Made by a program: the position numbers and the translations under genes. Positions 29,583 to 39,128 of a stretch of 64,000 nucleotides of DNA are shown here, piece by piece. The stretch lies in contig OY969927.1 in the NCBI GenBank assembly GCA_963704655.1, positions 896,001 through 960,000 on the forward strand, given 5' to 3'. This DNA comes from an uncultured Candidatus Babeliaceae bacterium. Lineage in GTDB: Bacteria; Babelota; Babeliae; Babelales; Babelaceae. Below the pieces are notes generated by a model, which searched no databases, was not told where the DNA came from, and worked only from the letters and a program-made list of their open reading frames with translations. Position 1 is the stretch's first letter. Each line of letters starts with the position of its first letter.

Positions 29583-30914
29583 TTATCTTCTTAAAAATAG
29601 TTTTTTAAATACCATGAGACTCATATACAAAAGCTGTAACCCACTTTTAAAAAATGCTATTCCAGGTGCGCCATACGTTCTGCTTTTATAATGTACCGGC
29701 ATATCCAATATCTTTAAGTTATTGTACGCGGCCCCGCATAAAATATCAAAATCGCCAAATGGATCGACATCTCCAAAAAATGCTTTGCTTGAAGATATAA
29801 TCTTCAAATCTTTTTTAAAGAAAACTTTTGTTCCACACAATGTGTCTTTTACACGCTGGCCAATTAGGTATGAAATCATAAACCCGAACGTCCAGTTCAC
29901 GAGCCAATTAATCATCTTCATGGCCTGTGAATCCATTGAATACACAAGCCGTGAGCCATTAATACACTCACCTTTACCTGAGGCTAACGCCTCATAAAAC
30001 TTTGGCAACTCTTCTGGAATAACGGTGATATCACCATCTAAAATCATAATAATATCACCCTGTGCACGGGCAAACCCCTCTTCAACGGCATTCTTTTTAC
30101 CTTTTGCAGACTGCACAAACCAGGTAATCTTTTTATCAGGATATTTATCGACCATTTCTTGCATAACTTGAGTAGTTGCATCTTTGGAATGGCCATCGAT
30201 TAATAATAGTTCTGTAAAGGTTCCCATATTCGGTGTACGCGCTATAGCGCCTTCAATATTCCCCGCTTCATTTTTGCACGGAATAATAACGGAGACAGAA
30301 TACTCAGCACGCTTATTTTCTGCCGCAATACGCACTATAAACAAGCGCATTAAACAAAGTGTAGAAATTAGTGGCAACCGCGCTACAAGATAATTTAAAA
30401 AATCGGCAAGCAACGGCACGCCCGTAGAAAGTAACATCTCTCTTTTTTCTATAACGATATCGAGCCCTGTAAGATTACAAAAAAGCTTAAGGTCTTGTGG
30501 CATTATCGGCACAAGCGAATATGAATATTCAATAACTATGCGAGTGTCCGCGGTGCAAAAACGCTGTATCATTCTAAATAAATCTTGAATATCATCAGCA
30601 TTCTTAATAAAATTTGCACCGATAATTATATAATCAAACGTTTGATTTTCTGGAACCGCTTGTAAAGAATCACAGAACGAGCCGTTTGGCGAACTAAAAA
30701 TTGAACTAAAAGAGCCTTCATCAACACCAATGGCATAAGCAGGCTTGCAGGCACGTAAAATAAACCCATCGGCACAACCAATATGCAACACTCTGAGGTT
30801 TTCCGGAACGGTGTAAGCATACAGTCGTTCAATAAATGCATAATAATAAACGTATCTTGAATACGATTTTAAAAACTTTTCTGCTTTACTTAAAAGCGCC
30901 GCCACATGCTCCAT
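29583..30914 (-). CDS. Fusion of a degenerate methyltransferase-like domain and a GT2 (DPM1-like) domain
   Basis: LRVLHIGCADG; SVIIPCKNEAGNI, ILDGD, DTLCGTK, DPFGDFD. Confidence 0.85.
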   Translation of the reverse strand: MEHVAALLSKAEKFLKSYSRYVYYYAFIERLYAYTVPENLRVLHIGCADGFILRACKPAYAIGVDEGSFSSIFSSPNGSFCDSLQAVPENQTFDYIIIGANFIKNADDIQDLFRMIQRFCTADTRIVIEYSYSLVPIMPQDLKLFCNLTGLDIVIEKREMLLSTGVPLLADFLNYLVARLPLISTLCLMRLFIVRIAAENKRAEYSVSVIIPCKNEAGNIEGAIARTPNMGTFTELLLIDGHSKDATTQVMQEMVDKYPDKKITWFVQSAKGKKNAVEEGFARAQGDIIMILDGDITVIPEELPKFYEALASGKGECINGSRLVYSMDSQAMKMINWLVNWTFGFMISYLIGQRVKDTLCGTKVFFKKDLKIISSSKAFFGDVDPFGDFDILCGAAYNNLKILDMPVHYKSRTYGAPGIAFFKSGLQLLYMSLMVFKKLFLRR

Positions 30915-30923
30915 AATGCTCCT

Positions 30924-30976
30924 TACATTGTATTTGACGACTTAGCGTAAATCAGAAAGAGACAAGTGACAAGCCC
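30924..30976 (-). promoter_or_regulatory. Promoter copy 1 (duplicated)
   Basis: Minus strand TTGTCA-N17-TACGCT followed by an AGGAG RBS; repeated at 32102-32153. Confidence 0.65.
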
Positions 30977-31031
30977 TAAGAATAAATTGCATATTTTTTA
31001 ATCATTACGCCCTACAAATGGACATATTCAT

Positions 31032-31916
31032 TTATTCTAACAAGCGTCTATATAAACCTTTTGTTTCTAATATTTCTTCGGAATACCTATCTTTTAGGTA
31101 TTTATTCCACAAATATGGATATGTTGCGTTTATCCATTCATCAATTTTCTTACGTTCTGCTGCAGAAAGTTTGTAAGAATGGAAAAGAATATCATTACCT
31201 TGTGATTGGCTGCCGCCATTATAATCGTAAACTTTTAAAGCCGTTTTCTTATGATATTCATATTGAAGCATAAAATCTTCTAAACCACTTAACGGATCTT
31301 TTAAAAATAAAAGAGCTTTGGTCATAACCTGCGCAGGGTCACTTATCATATCTTCATAATAGAGTAAAATCTTTTTATCTTCGGCCCATTCGTCATATAC
31401 CTTAAGGTCATCAAAATATATCTCAAAATTCTTGAATATATGTCCCGTTGATAAATTATCGACGTCTGGCTTTCCCACATGACGAATGATAGCCTCTTTT
31501 GGATTACGTATAACAAAAATTAAAAGATCTTGCTTTGGATTATATTTGAATTTTGAAAAATTCAGTTCTTTGCGATTATGCACTTTCCAAATGGGAGCTT
31601 TGGAAAAATTTAAAGAATGACCAACCATAAGGCCAATAGGCAAATTTGAAGGATTTGCAGTACTCCAAAAGTGGGCAGTTGGCCTTCCAGTAAGAACTTC
31701 TAGCCAATAACGTGACCAGGTATTACCCGACCTTGGGTATGATAAAAGATAGATTCTAGGGTTACTCGCTGCTATCATTTGCTGAATAACAGGTTTACTT
31801 TTAGTGCAAAATCCATACCCAACTGCAGCATCAAAAAAATCAATATCGCAAGATGATAAAATACTATTAAAAAAAAATAAATGCAGCAAAAGCATATTAC
31901 GAGTAAGTAATTTCAT
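31032..31916 (-). CDS. Sulfotransferase with signal-peptide-like leader
   Basis: SYPRSGNTW (5'-PSB), IRNPKE (3'-PB), YYEDMISDP. Confidence 0.85.
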   Translation of the reverse strand: MKLLTRNMLLLHLFFFNSILSSCDIDFFDAAVGYGFCTKSKPVIQQMIAASNPRIYLLSYPRSGNTWSRYWLEVLTGRPTAHFWSTANPSNLPIGLMVGHSLNFSKAPIWKVHNRKELNFSKFKYNPKQDLLIFVIRNPKEAIIRHVGKPDVDNLSTGHIFKNFEIYFDDLKVYDEWAEDKKILLYYEDMISDPAQVMTKALLFLKDPLSGLEDFMLQYEYHKKTALKVYDYNGGSQSQGNDILFHSYKLSAAERKKIDEWINATYPYLWNKYLKDRYSEEILETKGLYRRLLE

Positions 31917-32101
31917 ATACATCTCCCTAAAATATCCCACCCTAGAAATGCAGAAAATGCCTAATAATAGCCTATCGCCAATTTATTACAAAAAGCAATA
32001 TTTAATTCTTGAGCTTAAAAAATTCCATATCATAGCGCAGCTATAAAAGTCTTGATTATTTTGAAACAAAAAATATAAGTTAGCTCAGTATGAATATTCA
32101 A

Positions 32102-32153
32102 TACATTGTATTTGACGTTTTAGCGTAAAACAGAAACGGCATGTGACAAGCCC
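32102..32153 (-). promoter_or_regulatory. Promoter copy 2 (duplicated)
   Basis: Minus strand TTGTCA-N16-TACGCT; near-identical to 30924-30976. Confidence 0.6.
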
Positions 32154-32160
32154 AGGTGTA

Positions 32161-32198
32161 GCAGCCCTAAAATTAAATTCCTTAGGGCTGCCTTTTTT
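32161..32198. terminator. Intrinsic terminator-like hairpin
   Basis: GCAGCCCTAA...TTAGGGCTGC followed by a T-run. Confidence 0.65.
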
Positions 32199-32202
32199 AT
32201 TA

Positions 32203-33042
32203 TTAAGCTTTTTTAAGAACAACAAAGCTTACACAGCTGTTATAAACTTCTGGGCTATATAAAATGTTGGCATCTCTATTTTTTCTTTGATATAAAACTG
32301 CGCCTGTTTCTTCTGAATAGATAATTTTATTTTCATTATCAATAATTACGTTATCAACAGGTACAAAATATTCTTTTACAAGATTAAGAAAATCTACCAA
32401 ACAGAACGACAAAGGAGATTTTTGAATTAAACCGAGCTTAACAACAGATTGCTCTAAATCATTCCAGTTATTATGCGGTGTAACTGGTACGTTTTTGTCC
32501 CACTGTTCATCTAGCGTCAACACCAAAACGCCATCATCCTTAAGAACTCGACACGCCTCTTGAATTGATTTAATAAAGATTGGGTACGGTATATGCTCAA
32601 AGGTGCTGATGCAATAAGCTACATCAAACTCTTTGTCTGCAAATTCGAGTTTTGACATATCCATATGCATGACATCATAATTTTTGCCATGTATGACTTC
32701 TTTTTTTATTCTTCCATCTGCATCAATTGCAACATAATATGCTGGGTGCAATTTATCAACAACATGTTTATACCAGTTGTATTGTGATGGCAAACCTGCA
32801 CCTAAATCGATAACTTTTTTATCTTTAACCGTTACTACTTTACTCACCCAATAATATTCAAACGGCCTACTGCCCCAATTTCCCCATAAAATCCCCTGTA
32901 AAATTGGGTCTGATTTTTTTATTACGCCCAAATGCTTTTCTTCACGTTTATCTTTTAAATGTGCATTTGCTACTATTTCATTAAAACATGCTATCACTGC
33001 TAATAATTGAATCGCTACAAATAAATTTAATTTTTTAATCAT
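32203..33042 (-). CDS. Class I SAM methyltransferase with signal peptide
   Basis: VIDLGAG, FDVAYCISTFEH, RVLKDDG. Confidence 0.82.
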   Translation of the reverse strand: MIKKLNLFVAIQLLAVIACFNEIVANAHLKDKREEKHLGVIKKSDPILQGILWGNWGSRPFEYYWVSKVVTVKDKKVIDLGAGLPSQYNWYKHVVDKLHPAYYVAIDADGRIKKEVIHGKNYDVMHMDMSKLEFADKEFDVAYCISTFEHIPYPIFIKSIQEACRVLKDDGVLVLTLDEQWDKNVPVTPHNNWNDLEQSVVKLGLIQKSPLSFCLVDFLNLVKEYFVPVDNVIIDNENKIIYSEETGAVLYQRKNRDANILYSPEVYNSCVSFVVLKKA

Positions 33043-33255
33043 ATTATTCTTCCTTTTTATTTTTTAACAAAAAAATTGTACCTAACCACTACAGCGTCGT
33101 GCAAATCCTTCCTTCTAAAATGTTAATTCTCAGAGCATTATAGTTTAAAGTATTTTTTTTTCCAAATAAGCCGCATGTAATTAAAATTGCATCTTGCATA
33201 ATAAGAAAATAAGTTCTAAAATCTGTTCGATTTATTAAAACTTCTAAAGGAACGC

Positions 33256-34128
33256 ATGAAAACAATAAAAAATATTTTTGTTCTATTTTTTTTAACGTTA
33301 TTGCAACTACTTGAAGGCGCATCTTTAAATTTGGTTGTTTTTTCTCGCAACAGACCATTACAACTGTACACTTTCTTAGAATCATTTCTTGTTAATACCA
33401 CAGGCTGCCAGAGAATAAATATCATTTATCGAGCAGATACACCAGAATTTAAATTAGGCTACCAAATTGTTCAGCAAGACTTCCCGCAGGTGAATTTTAT
33501 TAAACAAAGAGGCACAGCAGACTTTAAAGAGCTCACATTAAAAGCTATCGACTTTGATGAAGAGGATTTTATTATCTTTGCTGTTGACGACATTATCGTA
33601 ACGCGTAAAATCGATTTCGATGAAATTACAAAGCACTTAGAAACATTTGATTGTAATGGCTTTTATCTTCGCCTCGGGCAGCATATTACTGAATGCTATA
33701 GTGAACACAGAGTCACCGGTACCCCGCCACTCAAAGAGATTGTTCCGGGGGTATTGTGCTGGAACTTTAAAAATGGCACAGGTGATTGGGGCTACCCAAA
33801 TACTGTTGATATGACCGTTTATAGAAAAAAGGACCTTAAGAAAATCTTTGTCATGTTACCATTTACCAACCCAAATACGCTTGAAGGCAACTGGGCCGGA
33901 TTGGCATCAAAAAATCCATTAGGGCTTTGTTACAAAGAAGCAGCTGTTGTTAACTGCCCCCTTAATATTGTACAGAGCACTTTTAATAATCGGCACAGCA
34001 ATGAATGCACCCCTGAAGAACTTTTAGAACTCTTTTTAGACGGTTATAAAATGGATATTGGCCCATTACAAAATATCAAAAACAAAGCGCCGCATATGGA
34101 TTATAAACCGACATTTATAAAAAGATGA
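33256..34128 (+). CDS. Putative GT-A fold glycosyltransferase with signal peptide
   Basis: VFSRNRPLQL, FAVDD, NPNTLEG. Confidence 0.6.
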   Translation: MKTIKNIFVLFFLTLLQLLEGASLNLVVFSRNRPLQLYTFLESFLVNTTGCQRINIIYRADTPEFKLGYQIVQQDFPQVNFIKQRGTADFKELTLKAIDFDEEDFIIFAVDDIIVTRKIDFDEITKHLETFDCNGFYLRLGQHITECYSEHRVTGTPPLKEIVPGVLCWNFKNGTGDWGYPNTVDMTVYRKKDLKKIFVMLPFTNPNTLEGNWAGLASKNPLGLCYKEAAVVNCPLNIVQSTFNNRHSNECTPEELLELFLDGYKMDIGPLQNIKNKAPHMDYKPTFIKR

Positions 34129-34137
34129 GCAATAGCA

Positions 34138-34210
34138 CGCTAACCCTTCGACGAGCTCAGGATGAGCGAGCGTTTACTGCTGAGCGCTAGTCGAGGCATC
34201 AGGATGAGCG
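34138..34210. repeat. Composite family A repeats
   Basis: cgctaacccttcgacgagctcaggatgagcg + tttactgctgagcgctagtcgaggca + tcaggatgagcg. Confidence 0.8.
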
Positions 34211-34252
34211 CCGGTTGGATAGCACAAAGTTTAAGTTGAAAAAGAGAGAGTA

Positions 34253-35077
34253 ATGAAACAAAATTATATTTTAAGTTTTTTAGCACTTACTATCTTGAGC
34301 ATTCAAGCCGTTATTGAGTGGGAGATCGTTATACCAACATATAATAACCAAGAATGGTGCATTAAAAATATAGAGTCGGTCGTTAAACAAACCTACCCAT
34401 ACTGGCACGCAACTATTATTGTAGACTGTGCAACAGATAAAACAGAAGAATTACTACGTGAATTTGTAGCAATGTATCATCTTGAACATAAAATAACTAT
34501 CATCGTTAATAAAGAAAACCAAGGTGCCCTAGCAAATATTTACTACGCAGTAACAGCATGCGCACCACATAAAGTTGTCGGCCTTCTTGATGGTGACGAT
34601 TGGCTCGCAGACAATGAGGTTTTAGAGTATCTTTCTGAGATATATGAAAAGAAAAATATCTGGATGACATTTGGTCAATTTGAACTTTGGCCAGAAAACC
34701 GCATTGGTCACTGTCGCCCATATCAAAAAGACATTATAAAAGAAAATAAATTCAGACTGCTCAACGGCCTATTGCCTTCACACTTTAGAACATTTTATGC
34801 GTGGCTCTTCCAATTAATTAAAAAAGAAGATTTGCTCTACAAAGGTAAATTCTTTCCGGTAACTTGGGACCTTGCCATGATGTTCCCTATGATCGAAATG
34901 GCCGGCAAGCACCATAAATGCATATCTAAAGTACTTTATATCTACAACATACAAAACCCGTTAAATGATTTTAAAATTCATACCAAACTTCAAACAAAAC
35001 TTAATTACTTAATTCGTTCAAAAAAAAGATATCAACCACTTAAAGAAAAACCAATTTTCTCAAGGGAAAAGTCATGA
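34253..35077 (+). CDS. GT2 glycosyltransferase with signal peptide
   Basis: IVIPTYNN, LDGDD, SHFRTF, DLAMMFPMIE. Confidence 0.87.
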   Translation: MKQNYILSFLALTILSIQAVIEWEIVIPTYNNQEWCIKNIESVVKQTYPYWHATIIVDCATDKTEELLREFVAMYHLEHKITIIVNKENQGALANIYYAVTACAPHKVVGLLDGDDWLADNEVLEYLSEIYEKKNIWMTFGQFELWPENRIGHCRPYQKDIIKENKFRLLNGLLPSHFRTFYAWLFQLIKKEDLLYKGKFFPVTWDLAMMFPMIEMAGKHHKCISKVLYIYNIQNPLNDFKIHTKLQTKLNYLIRSKKRYQPLKEKPIFSREKS

Positions 35078-35916
35078 AGAAAATACTAAAGACTCTATTG
35101 CTCTTTCTCATTGCTTGTCCATTGGCATTAAGCAGTTTTACTGAATTTGAAATGGTTATTCCAACTTATAATAATGAACAATGGTGCATTAAAAACCTTG
35201 AGGCGTTAGTGCAGCAAACCTACCCCCATTGGCATGCAACTATTATTGTAGATTGCGCAACAGACCGTACCGCAGAACTTCTAACTGAGTATATTATCAA
35301 TAATAATTTACAAGACCAAGTTACCCTTATTATTAACACAGAAAGATGTGGTGCGCTTGCAAACATTTATTATGCAGCAAAGGCCTGTCCACCACATAAA
35401 GTAATTTGCCTATATGATGGCGATGATTTTCTGGCAGATGATGAAGTTTTAGCTTATTACGCAGATCTTTATGACACGCATGATATCTGGGTAACCTATG
35501 GGCAATTCCAATTATGGCCCAGTGGTGTTCATGGCTGGTGCTCCCCATATTCACAGTATGTCATTAAAAATAATCTCTTTAGACAAGTACAGGATATACC
35601 ATCACACTTTAGAACCTTTTATGCATGGCTCTTTCATAAAATAGACAAAGGAGACCTTCTTTATCATGGTGATTTTTATAAAATGACCTGGGATATGGCT
35701 ATTATGTTTCCGCTTATGGAAATGGCTGCAGAACGTCACTATTTTGTTTCTAGAATCACGTATCTCTATAATGAGTCAAATCCTTTAAACGATCACAAAG
35801 TCGATAAAAAGTTACAACAAAAGCTTGGCAAGATTATTAGATCTAAGCCTTACTATCAACGCCTTGATTATAAATATGTTCCAAACAAGGGCAAACAAAA
35901 AATGAAGCGAGGGTAA
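35074..35916 (+). CDS. GT2 glycosyltransferase with signal peptide
   Basis: Tandem paralog of 34253-35077; YDGDD, SHFRTF. Confidence 0.87.
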   Translation: MKKILKTLLLFLIACPLALSSFTEFEMVIPTYNNEQWCIKNLEALVQQTYPHWHATIIVDCATDRTAELLTEYIINNNLQDQVTLIINTERCGALANIYYAAKACPPHKVICLYDGDDFLADDEVLAYYADLYDTHDIWVTYGQFQLWPSGVHGWCSPYSQYVIKNNLFRQVQDIPSHFRTFYAWLFHKIDKGDLLYHGDFYKMTWDMAIMFPLMEMAAERHYFVSRITYLYNESNPLNDHKVDKKLQQKLGKIIRSKPYYQRLDYKYVPNKGKQKMKRG

Positions 35917-35922
35917 CCCATT

Positions 35923-36819
35923 ATGATCTACAAAACTGAATCACCTTTAATCACCACAACCGTGCACCCTGAGTGTCCGTCGCCGCTCGTGGTGAGCGAA
36001 GTCAAGACAGTGCGTTTCGCACCATCCATAGCGAAGACGGATGTATCGAAGGGCTGGTATGCGAATTTTTATCTCATACTATTTTTTATACTTGGCATTC
36101 AAAGCACCACTTTATCGGCTGCGCGTGTGGCATTATGCGCAGTAGCAACAGGGAGATACGATGTCTTTGCCGAACAACTTATAGAATCTGCACGACAATA
36201 TTTTTGTACCGAGCATGATGTGCATTATTTCATCTTTACCGATGGAACCATAACCCCAGCGCCAGATGTTACCACTGTTTTCCAAAAACGTCTTGGCTGG
36301 CCGCGTGACACGTTAATGCGTTTTTCAATTTACTTGCAGCACAAAGACCTTTTTGACTCATTTGATTACATTTACGCAACGGATGCAGACATGCTCTTTG
36401 TAGCGCCTGTTGATAGCGAAATTTTATCAGATTTGGTTGGAACTAAACACCCTGGTTATATAAAAAGGCGTGGCACCTATGAAGAAGGCAACAAACTATC
36501 AACAGCCTATGTTGCACGCCATGAAGGAAAATACTACTTTGCCGGCGGTTTTTATGGCGGTTCAAGAGAAAATTTCTTTAAGATGCTCCAGACACTGGTA
36601 GATAATATAGAAACAGATCTTCAAAAGAACTTTATAGCCGTCTGGCATGACGAAAGTCATATTAACCGCTATTTTATCGATAATCCACCAACAAAAATCT
36701 TATCTCCAGCCTACTGTTGTCCAGAAAACGTTAATCCAAACTACTATGACCCTGCAATTCTTCGCCTGAAAAAAAAGCTTATCGCACTGGACAAAAACCA
36801 TAGTGAATTAAGGAAATAA
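35923..36819 (+). CDS. GT6 (ABO/alpha-1,3-galactosyltransferase-like) glycosyltransferase
   Basis: ATGRY, YFIFTD, WPRDTLMRF, DADM (DxD), HPGY, YYFAGGFYGG, WHDESHINRY. Confidence 0.9.
   Translation: MIYKTESPLITTTVHPECPSPLVVSEVKTVRFAPSIAKTDVSKGWYANFYLILFFILGIQSTTLSAARVALCAVATGRYDVFAEQLIESARQYFCTEHDVHYFIFTDGTITPAPDVTTVFQKRLGWPRDTLMRFSIYLQHKDLFDSFDYIYATDADMLFVAPVDSEILSDLVGTKHPGYIKRRGTYEEGNKLSTAYVARHEGKYYFAGGFYGGSRENFFKMLQTLVDNIETDLQKNFIAVWHDESHINRYFIDNPPTKILSPAYCCPENVNPNYYDPAILRLKKKLIALDKNHSELRK
35960..36053. repeat. Nested composite repeat in the GT6 N-terminal coding region
   Basis: ccgtgcaccctgagtgt-ccgtcg-ccgctcgtggtgagcgaagtc...gcgaagacgga-tgtatcgaaggg. Confidence 0.8.
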
Positions 36820-36820
36820 T

Positions 36821-37642
36821 ATGAAAAATATAACATTACCATCACTCTTATTTTTTACGCTTATTTTTTGTGCTGTTGCACCACTACAAGCCTACAAAAA
36901 ATTTGTCATACTCATTGCATCATATAATAATGAAAAATGGGCAGAAAAAAACATTGTTTCAGCTTTCCAAAACTACCCAGAAAACAATTACAGAATTATT
37001 TTTATTGATGATTGCTCAACAGATAGAACATTAAATGTAGTAGCCAAAACAGTAAAAAAACATAAAAAAGAACATTTAGTTACTATGATTCATAATGTCA
37101 AACGCCAAGGAGCTATGTATAACCACTGGTACGTTATTAATAACTATATTGCCGACGATGAAATTGTCATAATCCTAGATGGTGATGACCTCCTGGCAGG
37201 TGACGGCGTTTTAAAGTTCCTTGATGATATTTATACAAAAAATGATGTCTGGCTCACCTATGGCCAATTTAAACACATTTATAATAAAGATACGGGCTTT
37301 AATCGGGAAATGCCGGAACGTATTGTAAAAAATAACAGCTTCAGAGCATGGATACATGTTCCATCACATCTCAGAACTTTCTACGCAAAGCTTTATAAAA
37401 ATATAAAAATGGAAGACCTTATGCTTGACGGTCAATTTTTTGAAATGTGTGCTGATATGGCGACTATGATCCCCATGATAGAACAAGCCAGGGATCACTT
37501 TAAATTTATTTCAAAAATTTTGTATTTCTATAACGACAACAACCCAATAAGTGACCATAAAAAAAGCGTCGCGTTACAACAAAAGATCGACAAATATGTC
37601 AGAACATTACCCATATACCAACCATTAGAAAAGCTCTTTTAA
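36821..37642 (+). CDS. GT2 glycosyltransferase with signal peptide
   Basis: LIASYNN, IDDCSTD, LDGDD, SHLRTF. Confidence 0.87.
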   Translation: MKNITLPSLLFFTLIFCAVAPLQAYKKFVILIASYNNEKWAEKNIVSAFQNYPENNYRIIFIDDCSTDRTLNVVAKTVKKHKKEHLVTMIHNVKRQGAMYNHWYVINNYIADDEIVIILDGDDLLAGDGVLKFLDDIYTKNDVWLTYGQFKHIYNKDTGFNREMPERIVKNNSFRAWIHVPSHLRTFYAKLYKNIKMEDLMLDGQFFEMCADMATMIPMIEQARDHFKFISKILYFYNDNNPISDHKKSVALQQKIDKYVRTLPIYQPLEKLF

Positions 37643-37657
37643 TTTAAGGAAAATTAA

Positions 37658-38371
37658 ATGATAAAAAATTATTATATTCCATTATTACTATTCGGTTTTA
37701 ATACCCTCAACAGCACAACAATATACGATTTACTTAAAAAAAATACGCTCGTTTTTGATATAGGTGCCCATGTTGGAGATAAAACTAAAAAATATCAGGA
37801 AATGGGCTGTAAAGTTGTATGCTTTGAACCAAATCCAAAAAATACAAAAATATTGAAACGGCTATTTAATAAGAATCCTCAGATCTCGATTGAAGAAACT
37901 GCTTTGGGCAATACAACAGGAACAATCCAATTAAATATATGCTCTGATGCAGATACTATATCAACATGTAATGAAAAATGGATGACCGGAAGATTTAATA
38001 AATATAAATGGGATAAAATTATTAGCGTACCTTTAACAACATTGGATGTCATGATTAAAAAACATGGGATACCAGATTTTTGTAAAATCGACGTCGAAGG
38101 TTTTGAAATTTCAGTCCTAGAAGGTCTTTCACAACCTATAAAATGCCTATCCTTTGAATTCACAAAAGAATTTATGGATGATGCAGTAAAATGTCTTAAT
38201 TACCTAAGAAAAATTGGGTTTGGATCATTTAATATAGCTTGCGGGGAATGTCCTGATTTTATTTTTTCAACTAATACTGATGATTATACGATTATGAATT
38301 ATATAAAGAAATCAAAAGATAAACTCTTATGGGGCGATATTTATGCATTTTCTAATAATATCTTATCTTAA
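37658..38371 (+). CDS. FkbM family methyltransferase
   Basis: VFDIGAHVG, FEPNP, KIDVEGFE; hydrophobic leader. Confidence 0.88.
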   Translation: MIKNYYIPLLLFGFNTLNSTTIYDLLKKNTLVFDIGAHVGDKTKKYQEMGCKVVCFEPNPKNTKILKRLFNKNPQISIEETALGNTTGTIQLNICSDADTISTCNEKWMTGRFNKYKWDKIISVPLTTLDVMIKKHGIPDFCKIDVEGFEISVLEGLSQPIKCLSFEFTKEFMDDAVKCLNYLRKIGFGSFNIACGECPDFIFSTNTDDYTIMNYIKKSKDKLLWGDIYAFSNNILS

Positions 38372-38398
38372 CTCTCAATAAATTAATCAAGGAAAATA

Positions 38399-39118
38399 AT
38401 GATTTTTTTATATTTATTTCTCTCTATTAACTTTTTATTTATCAATACTTCAGAATGCAAAATAATAAGTTTTAAAGAGCCCAGAAATGCTCTTAAAATT
38501 GTAAAAAGGTATCTTCCTGAAAATCCTATAATTTTGGAAGCAGGTTCTTTCGATGGAGAAGATACCCTCTACGTTGCAAAATTCTGGCCACAATCAACCA
38601 TTTATTCATTTGAACCAGTACCACAGATTTATAAAAAATTCTGCAGAAATACAAAAAATTGTTCACAAATTAAAGGATTTAATATAGCTCTTGGTGATTC
38701 ATGTGGTAAAAAATCTTTCTACGTTTCTTCAGATAAAAATTCACCACACATTCCGTCACAATCATCTTCATTATTACCACCAAAAGAACATTTAGATTAT
38801 GCGCCACATATTCAATTTAATAAAATCATTGAAGTTAATTGCTTCACGATTGATGCTTGGGCAGCAGAAAACAATATTAAAAACATCGATCTTATGTGGC
38901 TTGATATGCAAGGCAATGAACTCGAAACGCTGCAAGCTTCGCCAGAAATTTTAAAAACAGTTAAAGCTATAATTACCGAAGTAGAATTTGTTGAAGCATA
39001 TGAAGGTCAATCGCTCTATAGGGATGTTAAAGATTGGCTCGAAGCTCAAGGTTTTACCATGATCGCATTGAGCACAACAGCCGAATGGTTTGGCGATGCA
39101 ATATTTATCAGACTATAG
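38399..39118 (+). CDS. FkbM family O-methyltransferase
   Basis: LEAGSFDG, FEPVP, WLDMQGNEL, YEGQ, GDAIF; hydrophobic leader. Confidence 0.87.
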   Translation: MIFLYLFLSINFLFINTSECKIISFKEPRNALKIVKRYLPENPIILEAGSFDGEDTLYVAKFWPQSTIYSFEPVPQIYKKFCRNTKNCSQIKGFNIALGDSCGKKSFYVSSDKNSPHIPSQSSSLLPPKEHLDYAPHIQFNKIIEVNCFTIDAWAAENNIKNIDLMWLDMQGNELETLQASPEILKTVKAIITEVEFVEAYEGQSLYRDVKDWLEAQGFTMIALSTTAEWFGDAIFIRL

Positions 39119-39128
39119 GATTTTTAAC

